Shown piece after piece: positions 16,197 through 25,487 of a stretch of DNA of 64,000 nucleotides. The stretch is taken from positions 810 to 64,809 of the forward strand of contig JBDHWF010000004.1 of assembly GCA_039810045.1 (NCBI GenBank), written 5' to 3'. The notes under the pieces are model-generated. The model saw only the letters and a program-made list of their open reading frames with translations, did not search any database and was not told where the DNA came from. Within the stretch, counting starts at the first letter, position 1; every line of letters starts with the position of its first letter. The translations under genes and the position numbers were made by a program. This stretch comes from Chloroflexia bacterium (GTDB lineage: Bacteria; Chloroflexota; Chloroflexia; Thermomicrobiales; CADCWN01).

Positions 16197-18596
16197 ATGC
16201 GTGAAGGCGACCTCTTGCAAGGGCGATTTCGCCTCGACCAACAGATCGGACGAGGTGGCTTTGCGCGAGTCTTTCGTTGCACCGACCTGACGCTGGGGCG
16301 ACAAGTCGCGATCAAAGTCCTGCATCCCGAATTGACGACGCAGAATGAAGAACAGGACTTTCTCGAACGATTCCGCCGCGAAGCCCGGGCAGTAGCCGCG
16401 CTTGACCACCCGAATATTCTCGGCATTCACGACTATGGCGAAGATGCTGGCTCAATCTATCTGGTGATGCCCTTTATCGATGGTGGCACGGTGCATGGAC
16501 GCCTCACTGGTGGGCGCACCCTGCCGCTCGCCGAGGCAGCCAAATACCTGCGGCAGGTGGCGAATGCGCTGGATTACGCCCATCGACGAGGGGTAGTACA
16601 CCGCGATATTAAACCGCAGAATATGCTGCTCCGCGCCGAGGACGACCGCCTATTGCTGGCTGACTTTGGCATCGCTAAAGTCCTCAGCGATACTGGAGCC
16701 CACACCCTCACTGGGGCCGTAGGCACCGTGGCGTATATGGCTCCTGAGCAGTTTCGCGGTCAGATCAGCCCCGCCCTCGACATCTACGCCCTCGGGTGTG
16801 TAGCCTTTCAGTTCCTTACGGGGCAGTTGCCGTTTAGCGGGTCCACCGAGCAGATGATCTTTGGGCATCTCCACGGCCCCGTGCCGTCCCTCACCGAGCG
16901 CGGCGGCACGCTGATTCCAGCAACCCTCCAGCCGATACTTGAAAAGGCGTTGCAGAAAAATCCGGCGGCACGCTATGCCACCGCTGACGACTTTGTCAGC
17001 GCGTTTGAGCAAGCGATCGATCCAGCAAGTACACGCCAGGGATTGCCGCCGGCAGCCAGCGAAACAGCCACCCGCATTGCGCCAGGATTTGACCCAACCA
17101 TAGCGTCACCAGCTACAGGACAGCGTAATGAGCAGACAATCATGCGGGACACTGGAGAAGCCCAGAGCCACACACCGCTCCCGCCACTGCCCACGCCTTA
17201 CACAGGGGCATCGGCAAGACCAACTGAGGTAACACCCTTACCACGCTCAGAAGATCCTATCTCGGTCACGCCATTGCCAGCATCAAACACCCCACCGCCT
17301 GCAACCTGGTTCCCGCAGACTGGGCCTACCGCTACAGGTGAGCAGACCAGCGATTCCGCAAAACTGAACCTACCCCCAGCGACAGCAACAAAAGGACGAA
17401 ACCTGCGCCTACCGTCGTTACTTGGGGCGGGCAGCGTGCTGCTGCTTGTCCTCCTCGCGGGCCTCTACCTGAGCCAGCGCCCCCTCACCGTCAATCCCAC
17501 CGTAAGCAGCACGATTGCCGCTGTTGTCCCCACGGCGACCCAAGACACCCCGCCCGCTAGCGTGCTGCCAATCGCGTTCACTACACCAACCGTTATGCCA
17601 ACAGCAACCACCACAATCTCCTCCACACAGCCTTCAGCAGTGCCGACTGCCCCACCACCAACTCCACTTCCTTCAACCGCCCCGACGGTTGCGGCGGCCT
17701 CGCCAACGGCAGTCGTCGGTACACCCCTGGCAGGCACCACCACCGCTACCTTTTCGGGGCACACTGACCACCTGCGTGGCCTGACCTGGGCGAATGACGG
17801 TCATCTGCTGATCTCTGGCTCCAGTGATGGCAGTGTGCGGTTCTGGCAGGCTGATGGCACCTTGCTGAATACCTTCAGTGGCCGCACCTTCGCAGTAACC
17901 AGCGTGGCGCTTTCTCCAGACAATACCCTGCTCGCAGTCGGCGCAGATGGCCCAACGAATCAGGCCCAAATCTGGCGGGTTGATGGCACGCTGGTCGCTA
18001 ATCTGGTGGGTCACACCGACAATGTGGTGATGGTGGCCTGGGCACCAAACGGGCAGATCCTCGCCACAGCATCCAGTGATCGCACGGTCAAACTTTGGAG
18101 TCCCACCGGGCAACTCCTGCGCACCCTCAGCGGCCACACTGACAAAGTACAAAACGTTGCCTGGGCCCCAGATAGCCAGCGGCTAGTCACGGCGGCCTGG
18201 GACAAGACGTTGCGGATCTGGGATCTGCAAGGGCAGGTACTGGCAACCCTCAGCGGGCATACTGCCCCAGTCTTCGGCGTGGCGTGGTCCCCCGATGGGG
18301 CAACCATCGCCTCGGCCTCTGAAGATAACTCGGTACGCCTCTGGCAGCCAAACGGCACCTTGATCGCCACCCTGAATGGACATTCGGCAGCAGTCAGTTG
18401 CGTCGCCTGGTCGCCCGATGGCCGTACACTCGCCTCGGCGTCATTCGACAAAACGATTCGACTCTGGAGCAGCACTGGCACCAGTCTCGCCACCCTCGCC
18501 GGGCATAGTGACGCAGTAACGGCACTGGCGTGGCAACCAGACGGCAAAGCTCTGGCCTCTGGCTCATGGGATAAGACGATCCGCATCTGGAAATAA
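16197..18596 (+). CDS. Hanks-type Ser/Thr protein kinase, single TM helix, C-terminal 7-bladed WD40 propeller
   Basis: Kinase motifs [24 protein letters not shown] and APE. Pro/Thr-rich linkers. [20 protein letters not shown] (about 17415-17470) has K/R on its N-terminal side. Seven GH..WD-like repeats follow. The track start 15990 adds about 69 non-kinase residues over promoter-like DNA, so I prefer ATG 16197 (or 16173). Confidence 0.88.
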   Translation: MREGDLLQGRFRLDQQIGRGGFARVFRCTDLTLGRQVAIKVLHPELTTQNEEQDFLERFRREARAVAALDHPNILGIHDYGEDAGSIYLVMPFIDGGTVHGRLTGGRTLPLAEAAKYLRQVANALDYAHRRGVVHRDIKPQNMLLRAEDDRLLLADFGIAKVLSDTGAHTLTGAVGTVAYMAPEQFRGQISPALDIYALGCVAFQFLTGQLPFSGSTEQMIFGHLHGPVPSLTERGGTLIPATLQPILEKALQKNPAARYATADDFVSAFEQAIDPASTRQGLPPAASETATRIAPGFDPTIASPATGQRNEQTIMRDTGEAQSHTPLPPLPTPYTGASARPTEVTPLPRSEDPISVTPLPASNTPPPATWFPQTGPTATGEQTSDSAKLNLPPATATKGRNLRLPSLLGAGSVLLLVLLAGLYLSQRPLTVNPTVSSTIAAVVPTATQDTPPASVLPIAFTTPTVMPTATTTISSTQPSAVPTAPPPTPLPSTAPTVAAASPTAVVGTPLAGTTTATFSGHTDHLRGLTWANDGHLLISGSSDGSVRFWQADGTLLNTFSGRTFAVTSVALSPDNTLLAVGADGPTNQAQIWRVDGTLVANLVGHTDNVVMVAWAPNGQILATASSDRTVKLWSPTGQLLRTLSGHTDKVQNVAWAPDSQRLVTAAWDKTLRIWDLQGQVLATLSGHTAPVFGVAWSPDGATIASASEDNSVRLWQPNGTLIATLNGHSAAVSCVAWSPDGRTLASASFDKTIRLWSSTGTSLATLAGHSDAVTALAWQPDGKALASGSWDKTIRIWK
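17751..18593 (+). repeat. Seven tandem WD40 coding repeats (about 120-126 nt each) inside the kinase gene
   Basis: Blades end in the peptides ..FWQ, ..IWR, ..LWS, ..IWD, ..LWQ, ..LWS and ..IWK. Most blades (not the second) begin with a GHT/GHS motif. Confidence 0.85.
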
Positions 18597-18633
18597 TTAT
18601 CAAATCATTACTACGAAAGTGTTGGAGGAAGTG

Positions 18634-19404
18634 ATGGAACTACGCGATGCAACCTTTCTCGTCACTGGTGGAGGCTCAGGGTTAGGGGCGGCCTGCGCCC
18701 GCGCCTTCGTTGCGGCGCAAGGCCGTGTCGTGATCGCCGACCTCAACGAGGCCGCCGGGACGGCCCTGGCTGCCGAACTTGGCGACGCGGCGACCTTTGT
18801 CCGCACCGATGTCTGCGATGAAACCAGTGTAGCGGCAGCGATTGCGCTGGCAAATGGGTCGTTCGGCCCACTGCGCGGGGTGGTGAACTGTGCCGGGGTA
18901 GCGATCGCCCAACGGGTCGTCGGGAAGGATGGGCCACACGCCCTCGACCGTTTCGCCCGCGTCATCAATGTGAACCTGATCGGGACGTTCAACGTGATCC
19001 GACTGGCGGCAGCAGCGATGGCAGAGAACTCGCCCTGCACGCCGGATGGCGGGCGTGGGGTAATGATCAATACTGCGTCGGTTGCGGCCTTCGATGGACA
19101 GATCGGGCAGGCGGCCTACAGCGCCTCAAAAGGCGGGGTGGCCGCGATGACGTTGCCGATCGCCCGTGAACTTGCCCGTGAGGGGATTCGGGTCATGACG
19201 ATTGCTCCAGGGATCTTCGATACACCAATGCTGGCCGGATTACCCGAACCAGCCCGCCAGTCACTCGGGCAGCAAGTGCCGTTCCCCTCGCGCCTGGGCC
19301 AACCGGCGGAGTTTGCGGCGCTGGCTCGGCAGATTGTTGAGAATGAGATGCTGAATGGCGAGGTGATCCGTCTAGATGGGGCGATTCGGATGGCTCCACG
19401 CTAG
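18634..19404 (+). CDS. SDR-family oxidoreductase (3-hydroxyacyl-CoA dehydrogenase type-2-like)
   Basis: TGGGSGLG cofactor motif and YSASKGG (YxxxK). Start at ATG 18634, with GGAGGA 4-5 nt upstream. Confidence 0.85.
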   Translation: MELRDATFLVTGGGSGLGAACARAFVAAQGRVVIADLNEAAGTALAAELGDAATFVRTDVCDETSVAAAIALANGSFGPLRGVVNCAGVAIAQRVVGKDGPHALDRFARVINVNLIGTFNVIRLAAAAMAENSPCTPDGGRGVMINTASVAAFDGQIGQAAYSASKGGVAAMTLPIARELAREGIRVMTIAPGIFDTPMLAGLPEPARQSLGQQVPFPSRLGQPAEFAALARQIVENEMLNGEVIRLDGAIRMAPR

Positions 19405-19501
19405 CGATGGATACCGCAACAACGCCCGCACTTCCTGCCTACGGCAACAAAACAACTCCAGAAACTCCACCCCAGTTCACTCCAACGCGGATGACCTGGT
19501 T

Positions 19502-21001
19502 GTGAGTACAGCGCAGTCGGCGCGCCGGTCACGTCGCGCCGAGCGGGGGATCTTGCTACTCATATTACTTTTCGCCCTGCTCAGTGCAGCCATCTACCTG
19601 TTCGCCTTCACCAAACCATTCTTGCTGAGCCGCTACGTAGCCCAGCCTCTGCTCGATCTGGGGAAGATTGGTGGCTATGAGCGCGAAGCAGGCTGGCGCT
19701 TCATCATCCCTCTACTCATCCTCTGGGTCCTCTATCTCTTGGCAATACTGCTTGCGCCATTGATCCACAATCAACGGTCGCTGATAGCCCTAGCGTTCGG
19801 CGGTGCCAGCGTTTTTGGCGTTATCCTCCTCTGGCTGTATCCGATCACTGCGGCAGATATTTTCAACTACGTGATCTATGGCCTGGTTCAACATCGGGGC
19901 GAAAATCCATTTATTGTGCCACCAAACACGGTCATCCACTGGCCGCTGATTCAATATTCGGCCTGGCCCGAACACCCCACCCCCTACGGCCCAGTCTGGC
20001 AGTGGATCGCCTGGAGCGTCACAGCGATCACAGGCGAACGGCTGCTGGCGGGACTTCTGCTCTTCAAAGGGGTCTTGCTTGCAATGCACCTGCTGAATAC
20101 CGCGCTACTGGCACGACTTGCCTTGCTCACAGGCCATACGCAGCCAGGAGTCGCCGCACTCCTTTATGCCTGGAACCCGTTTATTCTCTATGAAGCGATC
20201 GGCAACGGGCATAACGACCTGCTGCTGCTCACTGGGCTCTTGTGCGCCCTCTTGGTCATGACTCACCCGATTGCCGACACGCTCACCCTACCGATCGGCG
20301 CCCTCGCCGCCCTAACAAAATATAGTGGTATCCTCTGGCTGGCCCCGCTCACCCTGGCGTGGCTACCGCGAGTCTGGCGCGAACGGCGTCCGCTGGCCTT
20401 GGTCCTGGCAACGGCTGGGGTGGTGACGGTGGTGTTCGTCGCCTATACCCCCTTCTGGGATCACGGCAACGCGCTCACTGGGGTGCGGCGGCAGGCAGAT
20501 TTGCACACAACGTCGTTGGTCAATCAGGCGATGACGTTCAATGAACAGCACGGTATCCCCGTCGCACCAAATCAGTTACTCGATGGCCTCAAACAACTGG
20601 TTTTGCTCTTGCTCGTTCTGATCGCCCTGCTCACCCGACCGCGTGATGATTCCGTTAGCGAAACTGCCCGCGCCGCCTTTGATCTCAGCCTCGCCTATCT
20701 CCTGCTTGGCGCAATCTGGTTTCAGCCCTGGTATCTCATCCCCCTGATTGGGCTGATTCCGTTGGTGAACGCCACCCGCCGCTTCCTCGCTTGCGGTTAC
20801 GCTCTGAGCGCCACAGGCACATATTATGTCTTCTTCTACCTCTGGCCCGCGCTGAACTGGACCCCTGATTTCGCGCTGATTCAACGCTGGGCAGTCAGCA
20901 TCGCTCACGGCCCAATCTGGCTGACGCTATTCTTCTTAGGGCTCTGGCGATTGCGCCGCTGGATCATCACGCAACGTGCATCCCAGCAACAAACCGCCTG
21001 A
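19502..21001 (+). CDS. Multi-pass membrane protein, probable GT-C glycosyltransferase (DUF2029/GT87, MptB-like)
   Basis: About 500 aa with more than 10 hydrophobic segments. WNPFILYEAIGNGHNDLLLL resembles mannosyltransferase/DUF2029 loops. The start is uncertain (GTG 19502; the track maximum 19376 overlaps the SDR gene). Confidence 0.5.
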   Translation: MSTAQSARRSRRAERGILLLILLFALLSAAIYLFAFTKPFLLSRYVAQPLLDLGKIGGYEREAGWRFIIPLLILWVLYLLAILLAPLIHNQRSLIALAFGGASVFGVILLWLYPITAADIFNYVIYGLVQHRGENPFIVPPNTVIHWPLIQYSAWPEHPTPYGPVWQWIAWSVTAITGERLLAGLLLFKGVLLAMHLLNTALLARLALLTGHTQPGVAALLYAWNPFILYEAIGNGHNDLLLLTGLLCALLVMTHPIADTLTLPIGALAALTKYSGILWLAPLTLAWLPRVWRERRPLALVLATAGVVTVVFVAYTPFWDHGNALTGVRRQADLHTTSLVNQAMTFNEQHGIPVAPNQLLDGLKQLVLLLLVLIALLTRPRDDSVSETARAAFDLSLAYLLLGAIWFQPWYLIPLIGLIPLVNATRRFLACGYALSATGTYYVFFYLWPALNWTPDFALIQRWAVSIAHGPIWLTLFFLGLWRLRRWIITQRASQQQTA

Positions 21002-21149
21002 TACCAGCTTGCCAGAATCGACAACGCGCTAACGGTGCTATACTGCGGCGCATACCCCGGGAAGGGGTCAGACCAATGATGGGGCGCGCTGGCCCTTTCC
21101 GCTAGCCGCGCCACGCAGATACCACAATGGTATCGAAAAGGAGGGTACA

Positions 21150-21905
21150 GTGAGTAGTAGCAAAATCCCCGTAACCCAAGATATCACGCGACCATCACGC
21201 GAGATTATGGAAGGCTTGCGCGAGATTGGCAGCGCCACAGCAGCAGGGGAACTCAGCCGCCTGGGTATTCGCGACCCACATCTACGCGGTATCACCAACT
21301 GGACCCCTGGCAAAGTAGCGGTTGGGCCCGCGCTCACCCTGCAGTTCATGCCCAAGCGCGAAGATCAGTACAAGGTCGATGAATATTCAGATCCTGAAGT
21401 GCAACTCCATCGCCACGTCCTTTATCACACCCAACCAGGCGATATCGTGGTGGTCGACGCCCGCGGACACATGGGCAGTGGTGTCTTTGGTGACATGATG
21501 CTGACCTATTTCACAGGCAAAGGCGGCGCTGGCGTAGTGATCGATGGCTGCATCCGCGACTATCCCAAAGCACAGAACTTGGGGATTGGCCTCTGGTTGA
21601 AAGGGACGACCCCAAACTTCCATACCCAGACTGATATTGTCCCGTTTGCCGTGAATGTGCCAATCGCCTGCGCCGATACGCTAGTGATGCCCGGCGACAT
21701 TATCGTGGCCGATGATGATGGCGTGGTCGTGGTGCCAGCCGCCTATGGCCCCGACCTGCTCAAGCGCGCCCAACACCACGCCGAGTGGGAAGATTTCTCC
21801 CGCCTACGGCTCTCCGAAGGGGGCGACCTACGCCGCTACTATCCGCTGTCCGAAGCCGCGCGTGGTGAATACGAGGAATGGCGGAAGGAAAACCCCGTCA
21901 AGTAA
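21150..21905 (+). CDS. RraA-family protein (class II HMG/CHA aldolase / oxaloacetate decarboxylase-like), paralogue 1
   Basis: 251 aa. GDMMLTYFTGKGGAGVVIDGCIRD core. GTG start with AAGGAGGG 4 nt upstream. Confidence 0.8.
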   Translation: MSSSKIPVTQDITRPSREIMEGLREIGSATAAGELSRLGIRDPHLRGITNWTPGKVAVGPALTLQFMPKREDQYKVDEYSDPEVQLHRHVLYHTQPGDIVVVDARGHMGSGVFGDMMLTYFTGKGGAGVVIDGCIRDYPKAQNLGIGLWLKGTTPNFHTQTDIVPFAVNVPIACADTLVMPGDIIVADDDGVVVVPAAYGPDLLKRAQHHAEWEDFSRLRLSEGGDLRRYYPLSEAARGEYEEWRKENPVK

Positions 21906-21925
21906 CCAGCGATCACCCGCAGATA

Positions 21926-21962
21926 CAGGCGTGCGCCCGCTGATAGGGGCGCACGCCTTCTT
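21926..21962 (+). terminator. Hairpin terminator after RraA paralogue 1
   Basis: 12-bp perfect stem AGGCGTGCGCCC (21926-21937) / GGGCGCACGCCT (21946-21957), 8-nt loop, followed by TCTTC. Confidence 0.5.
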
Positions 21963-22034
21963 CATGGGCCGCACTGCGGCAGTGATGAGGGGTCGTCTGT
22001 TATACTCCGCCCGTTCCCACCTCGCCCCAGGCAG

Positions 22035-22814
22035 GTGCCAGCCCTGTGCTGGATTAACCACCAGGAGCACTGGCTGGCAGTAGTGATCGCAGGAGGATTG
22101 GTGGCAGCAGACACCGCACGACAACGATTATCAGTAATCGTACCAGTCTATAACGAGGCTGGCACCGTGCAGGAATTGCTGGCCCAGGTCCGCGCCGTTG
22201 ATCTTGGGCCCAATCTCGACCGCGAGATCATTGTTGTCGACGATTGCTCAACTGATGGCACTGCTGAAGCCCTGCGCCCAGAAGCCGACCAGCCAGCAAC
22301 ATTCATCATCCGCCATCAGCAGAATCGGGGCAAAGGGGCGGCGGTACGCACTGGCCTTGCGGCGGCCAGCGGCGACATCATTCTGATTCAGGATGCCGAC
22401 CTCGAATACGACCCCCGCGATTATCCCGTTCTGCTGCGGCCAATCCTCGAAGGCCGCGCCAAAGTGGTCTATGGCTCACGCTTCTTAGGCGAACACAAGG
22501 CGATGTATTTCTGGCATACTGTCGGCAATAAATCGCTCACCCTGATCACCAATATCCTGTTTGACACGACGCTGACTGATATGGAAACCTGCTACAAAGT
22601 CTTTACTGCCGAGGTTGCCCACAGCCTGCGCCTCCGCTCGGAACGTTGGGGAATCGACCCCGAGATCACTGCCAAGATCCTCAAACAACGGTATCGGATC
22701 TACGAAGTGCCAATCGCCTACAATGGGCGTGAGTTCTGGGAAGGCAAAAAGATCTCCTGGCGCGATGGCTTTGTCGTGCTTGGCACCTTGCTCCGCTATC
22801 GCTTTTTCAGGTAG
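22035..22814 (+). CDS. GT2-family glycosyltransferase (polyprenyl-phosphate sugar synthase / Dpm1-like)
   Basis: LSVIVPVYNE, VVDDCSTDGT and IQDADLEYDP (DxD) motifs, about 240-260 aa. The start is ambiguous because there is no in-frame ATG near the N-terminus. Confidence 0.8.
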   Translation: MPALCWINHQEHWLAVVIAGGLVAADTARQRLSVIVPVYNEAGTVQELLAQVRAVDLGPNLDREIIVVDDCSTDGTAEALRPEADQPATFIIRHQQNRGKGAAVRTGLAAASGDIILIQDADLEYDPRDYPVLLRPILEGRAKVVYGSRFLGEHKAMYFWHTVGNKSLTLITNILFDTTLTDMETCYKVFTAEVAHSLRLRSERWGIDPEITAKILKQRYRIYEVPIAYNGREFWEGKKISWRDGFVVLGTLLRYRFFR

Positions 22815-22824
22815 CCCAGCAAAT

Positions 22825-23664
22825 CTACGCCGCAAGCGCTTCCCGCACCAAAGCGGCCAGTTGCGCCAATCCGGCCCATTCGTCGTCTGGCCCCGAATAG
22901 ATCAGCACATATGGCCCGGTAAAATTGGCGGCGCGGGCTAATGCCATCGATTGCCGAAAGTCGGCTTCGTCCAAATTGCCCGCCCGATCAAACTGCGCCC
23001 CAGCATGAACCGTCACCGCTCCTGGCAAGACGGCCTGCAACGCGGCATATTTCCGCGCCCCGTAGGACTGATAGTTATTGAAATCGGCACAGTGCCCAAC
23101 CTGGTTCCCGGTTGCCGCCAGAATCGCCCGCAGGTTTTCTGGGGGCAAGGCCAGCGGGCGCCAGGTTTCGGTGATCAAGTTCAGCCCGTGCTGCTGTGCC
23201 ACAGTGGCCAGGGTGCGTAAGCCCGCCGCGCTCTGTTGAATAGCTGGATCCGTGGCATCAGCCTGGGCATCCCCCGCTGCAACCCGCACCAGTTTGGCCC
23301 CCAACTGCGCGGCGATCGGTAACCATTGCGCGGTGTCCGCCAGATCACGCTCGCGCACGGCTGGATCGGGATGACTCAGATCACCATCATCGATCAGGAA
23401 GGTCAGCAAGGTCACGCCCGCATCATCGAGACGGGTCCGTAACACATGGAGGTAGTCGGGATCAGTGCGTGGGAGGTGGAAGTGGCAAAGATCAAGCGTG
23501 GCATACCCTTGCGCCTGCATCGCCGCAGGGAGATCAAGCAGGGCCAATGCCCCCATGCCATAGGTATCGACCACTGATCGTGCGGCAGGATCAAGCGCCA
23601 GCCCGCGATAGATTGGCCCAAGCAAATGCCGTACACTCCAACTGGAAATCCCGATTGTTGCCAT
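22825..23664 (-). CDS. Xylose-isomerase-like TIM-barrel protein (sugar phosphate isomerase/epimerase family)
   Basis: About 279 aa from ATG 23664 (MATIGISSWSV..), with AAGGAG 8 nt upstream. The overall pattern is that of AP-endonuclease-2/TIM-barrel proteins. The track start 23760 would overlap the divergent MFS gene. Confidence 0.6.
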   Translation of the reverse strand: MATIGISSWSVRHLLGPIYRGLALDPAARSVVDTYGMGALALLDLPAAMQAQGYATLDLCHFHLPRTDPDYLHVLRTRLDDAGVTLLTFLIDDGDLSHPDPAVRERDLADTAQWLPIAAQLGAKLVRVAAGDAQADATDPAIQQSAAGLRTLATVAQQHGLNLITETWRPLALPPENLRAILAATGNQVGHCADFNNYQSYGARKYAALQAVLPGAVTVHAGAQFDRAGNLDEADFRQSMALARAANFTGPYVLIYSGPDDEWAGLAQLAALVREALAA

Positions 23665-23763
23665 TGCCCTCTGCTCCTTCGCGCCGCCTCGTCTTGACAA
23701 GTCACCGCCCACAGCCCCATCATCGCGCCTGCAATGCTGATCGGCAAATGCAAAGGGCAAGCC

Positions 23764-25005
23764 ATGCGTAATCCCCTACGAGTTTTTCAGCCTGTCGGAC
23801 GGACCAGCGAAACTGCCGCTGGCTGGCAGCGCAATCTCGCGATCCTGATGCTGGGGGTCTTCGCCACCTATACTGGCTTTGCATTCGTCATGCCGTTCCT
23901 ACCGCTCTTTGTGAGACAGATTGGGATCAGCGATCCAGGAGAAGCCGCGCTCTGGTCGGGCATCCTCTTTGGCCTCAGCCCCCTGCTCTCGGGGCTGCTC
24001 GCCCCGCTCTGGGGCGGGCTGGCCGAGCGGTATGGCCGCAAGGCGATCCTTGCCCGTGGCCTGGGCGTCTTTGCCCTACTGGTCTTTCTGACCGCCTTTG
24101 TGACGAATATCTGGCAACTGCTGGCATTGCGGATTCTCAATGGCCTCTTTGGTGGCTACATTGTCCTGGCAATTGCCCTGGCCTCAGCGATCGCGCCAAA
24201 GGAGCGTGTGGGCGAAGCGATCGGCCTGATTCAGGCGTCGCAAATGGCGGGCGGCATCGGGGCACCATTTATTGGCGGAGTCGTTGTGGACTGGGTGGGC
24301 CTGCGCGGGTCGTTCTTCGTTGCCGCTGGCCTGGCCCTCCTTGGTTTCCTGTCCTTTCAATTGGGGTTTCAGGAACAAGAGGAATCATCGACCGCAACCA
24401 ATCCGAAGACGATTGCCGAGCAAAGCAAGCTCCGCCACTGGCTCCGGCAACCTCATTTCGCTGGTCTCTTACTGGGGATATTCGCGCTCCAATTTATTGA
24501 CCGCTCTTTTGGGCCACTCTTGCCCCTCTACCTCGGCACACTTGATGCACCACCTGATCGCCTGGGCACGATCAGCGGCGTTATCCTCGCCGGTGGTGCC
24601 CTGACTGCTGGAATCGCCGCTGCAAGCACCGGGAGTATGGCGCGCCGCTTCAACCCCCGAATCTTACTGGTGGGGTCAACGGCCATTGGCGCGGCCTGTT
24701 GTCTGCCACTGGCCGGGGTAGCCCACTGGTGGCAAGTGCTAATTCTGCGTCTCTTGCTTGGGCTACTGGCTGGTGGAGCGGTGACGCTCGTCTATGCGGT
24801 TGGAGGTCGTGCGCTGCCCGATCAATCCCGACTCGCCGCGTTCAGCACCCTGGCGGGAGCCGCACAGGTCGGCGGCGCGATTAGCCCAATGGTTACGGGC
24901 GTACTCGCCCGCTGGATCAGCCTCAGCGCAATTTTCATTCTCGATGGCCTGCTCTACTTGCTCGTCTTGCTCTGGTCGCTCAGCATGGTACGCCAGAAAC
25001 GGTAA
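23764..25005 (+). CDS. MFS transporter
   Basis: About 413 aa with 12 predicted TM segments. Conserved loop LAERYGRK between TM2 and TM3. Confidence 0.8.
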   Translation: MRNPLRVFQPVGRTSETAAGWQRNLAILMLGVFATYTGFAFVMPFLPLFVRQIGISDPGEAALWSGILFGLSPLLSGLLAPLWGGLAERYGRKAILARGLGVFALLVFLTAFVTNIWQLLALRILNGLFGGYIVLAIALASAIAPKERVGEAIGLIQASQMAGGIGAPFIGGVVVDWVGLRGSFFVAAGLALLGFLSFQLGFQEQEESSTATNPKTIAEQSKLRHWLRQPHFAGLLLGIFALQFIDRSFGPLLPLYLGTLDAPPDRLGTISGVILAGGALTAGIAAASTGSMARRFNPRILLVGSTAIGAACCLPLAGVAHWWQVLILRLLLGLLAGGAVTLVYAVGGRALPDQSRLAAFSTLAGAAQVGGAISPMVTGVLARWISLSAIFILDGLLYLLVLLWSLSMVRQKR

Positions 25006-25044
25006 AGAATAGTATTAATCCCAGCAAACATGTGTATGTACACC

Positions 25045-25073
25045 TTGCGAACTTTTGCCATTATGACGATACT
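25045..25073 (+). promoter_or_regulatory. Candidate promoter TTGCGA-N17-GATACT
   Basis: -35 at 25045-25050 and -10 at 25068-25073, in an AT-richer 189-nt gap about 120 nt upstream of the 74-aa ORF. Confidence 0.4.
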
Positions 25074-25194
25074 TTTGTTAAGAGTATGGTTCAGCCAAGC
25101 TCTCGCTGTCTATCCACCCGTAGTGCCACCTTGTCGTGCCTTTCTGTCACGCGTGGATCTTTCGACCACTGACTGAAGCCGAGGAGGGAACCCC

Positions 25195-25419
25195 ATGTCC
25201 ACCACCTACCACCAAACACTGCTCCCTGCAACGGATCGCCTGATTGACACGAAAATAGGAAATGCAGGTGATCTCGAACAACGCCGCCGTGAGGCCGCCC
25301 GCGCCCGCCGTCTCGCCTCAGAATGTGGCGATTACGCTGCTGCGGAGTCGTGGTATCGGCAAGAACGCGCGCTCGCTGATGCACTACTGGCGGAACATCA
25401 GGCCGAGACGCAGGGCTGA
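25195..25419 (+). CDS. Hypothetical small protein (74 aa, helical, Arg/Ala/Glu-rich)
   Basis: Strong SD GAGGAGGG 6 nt before the ATG. A canonical terminator lies 25 nt after the stop. I recognise no family. Confidence 0.65.
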   Translation: MSTTYHQTLLPATDRLIDTKIGNAGDLEQRRREAARARRLASECGDYAAAESWYRQERALADALLAEHQAETQG

Positions 25420-25444
25420 TCGCCATCACCACAAGAGCAACGCT

Positions 25445-25478
25445 GGGGTCGGGCAAGTTTGCCCGACCCCTTTTGTTT
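25445..25478 (+). terminator. Rho-independent terminator
   Basis: GGGGTCGGGCAA-gt-TTGCCCGACCCC (12-bp perfect stem) followed by TTTTGTTTG. Confidence 0.85.
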
Positions 25479-25487
25479 GTCCACGAA

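Noticed and set aside
17751-18593. About 123-nt periodicity that could be mistaken for a non-coding tandem repeat or array.
   Set aside because: It is the seven WD40 blades of the kinase gene, diverged at the DNA level and in frame throughout. There is no spacer/repeat organisation like CRISPR.
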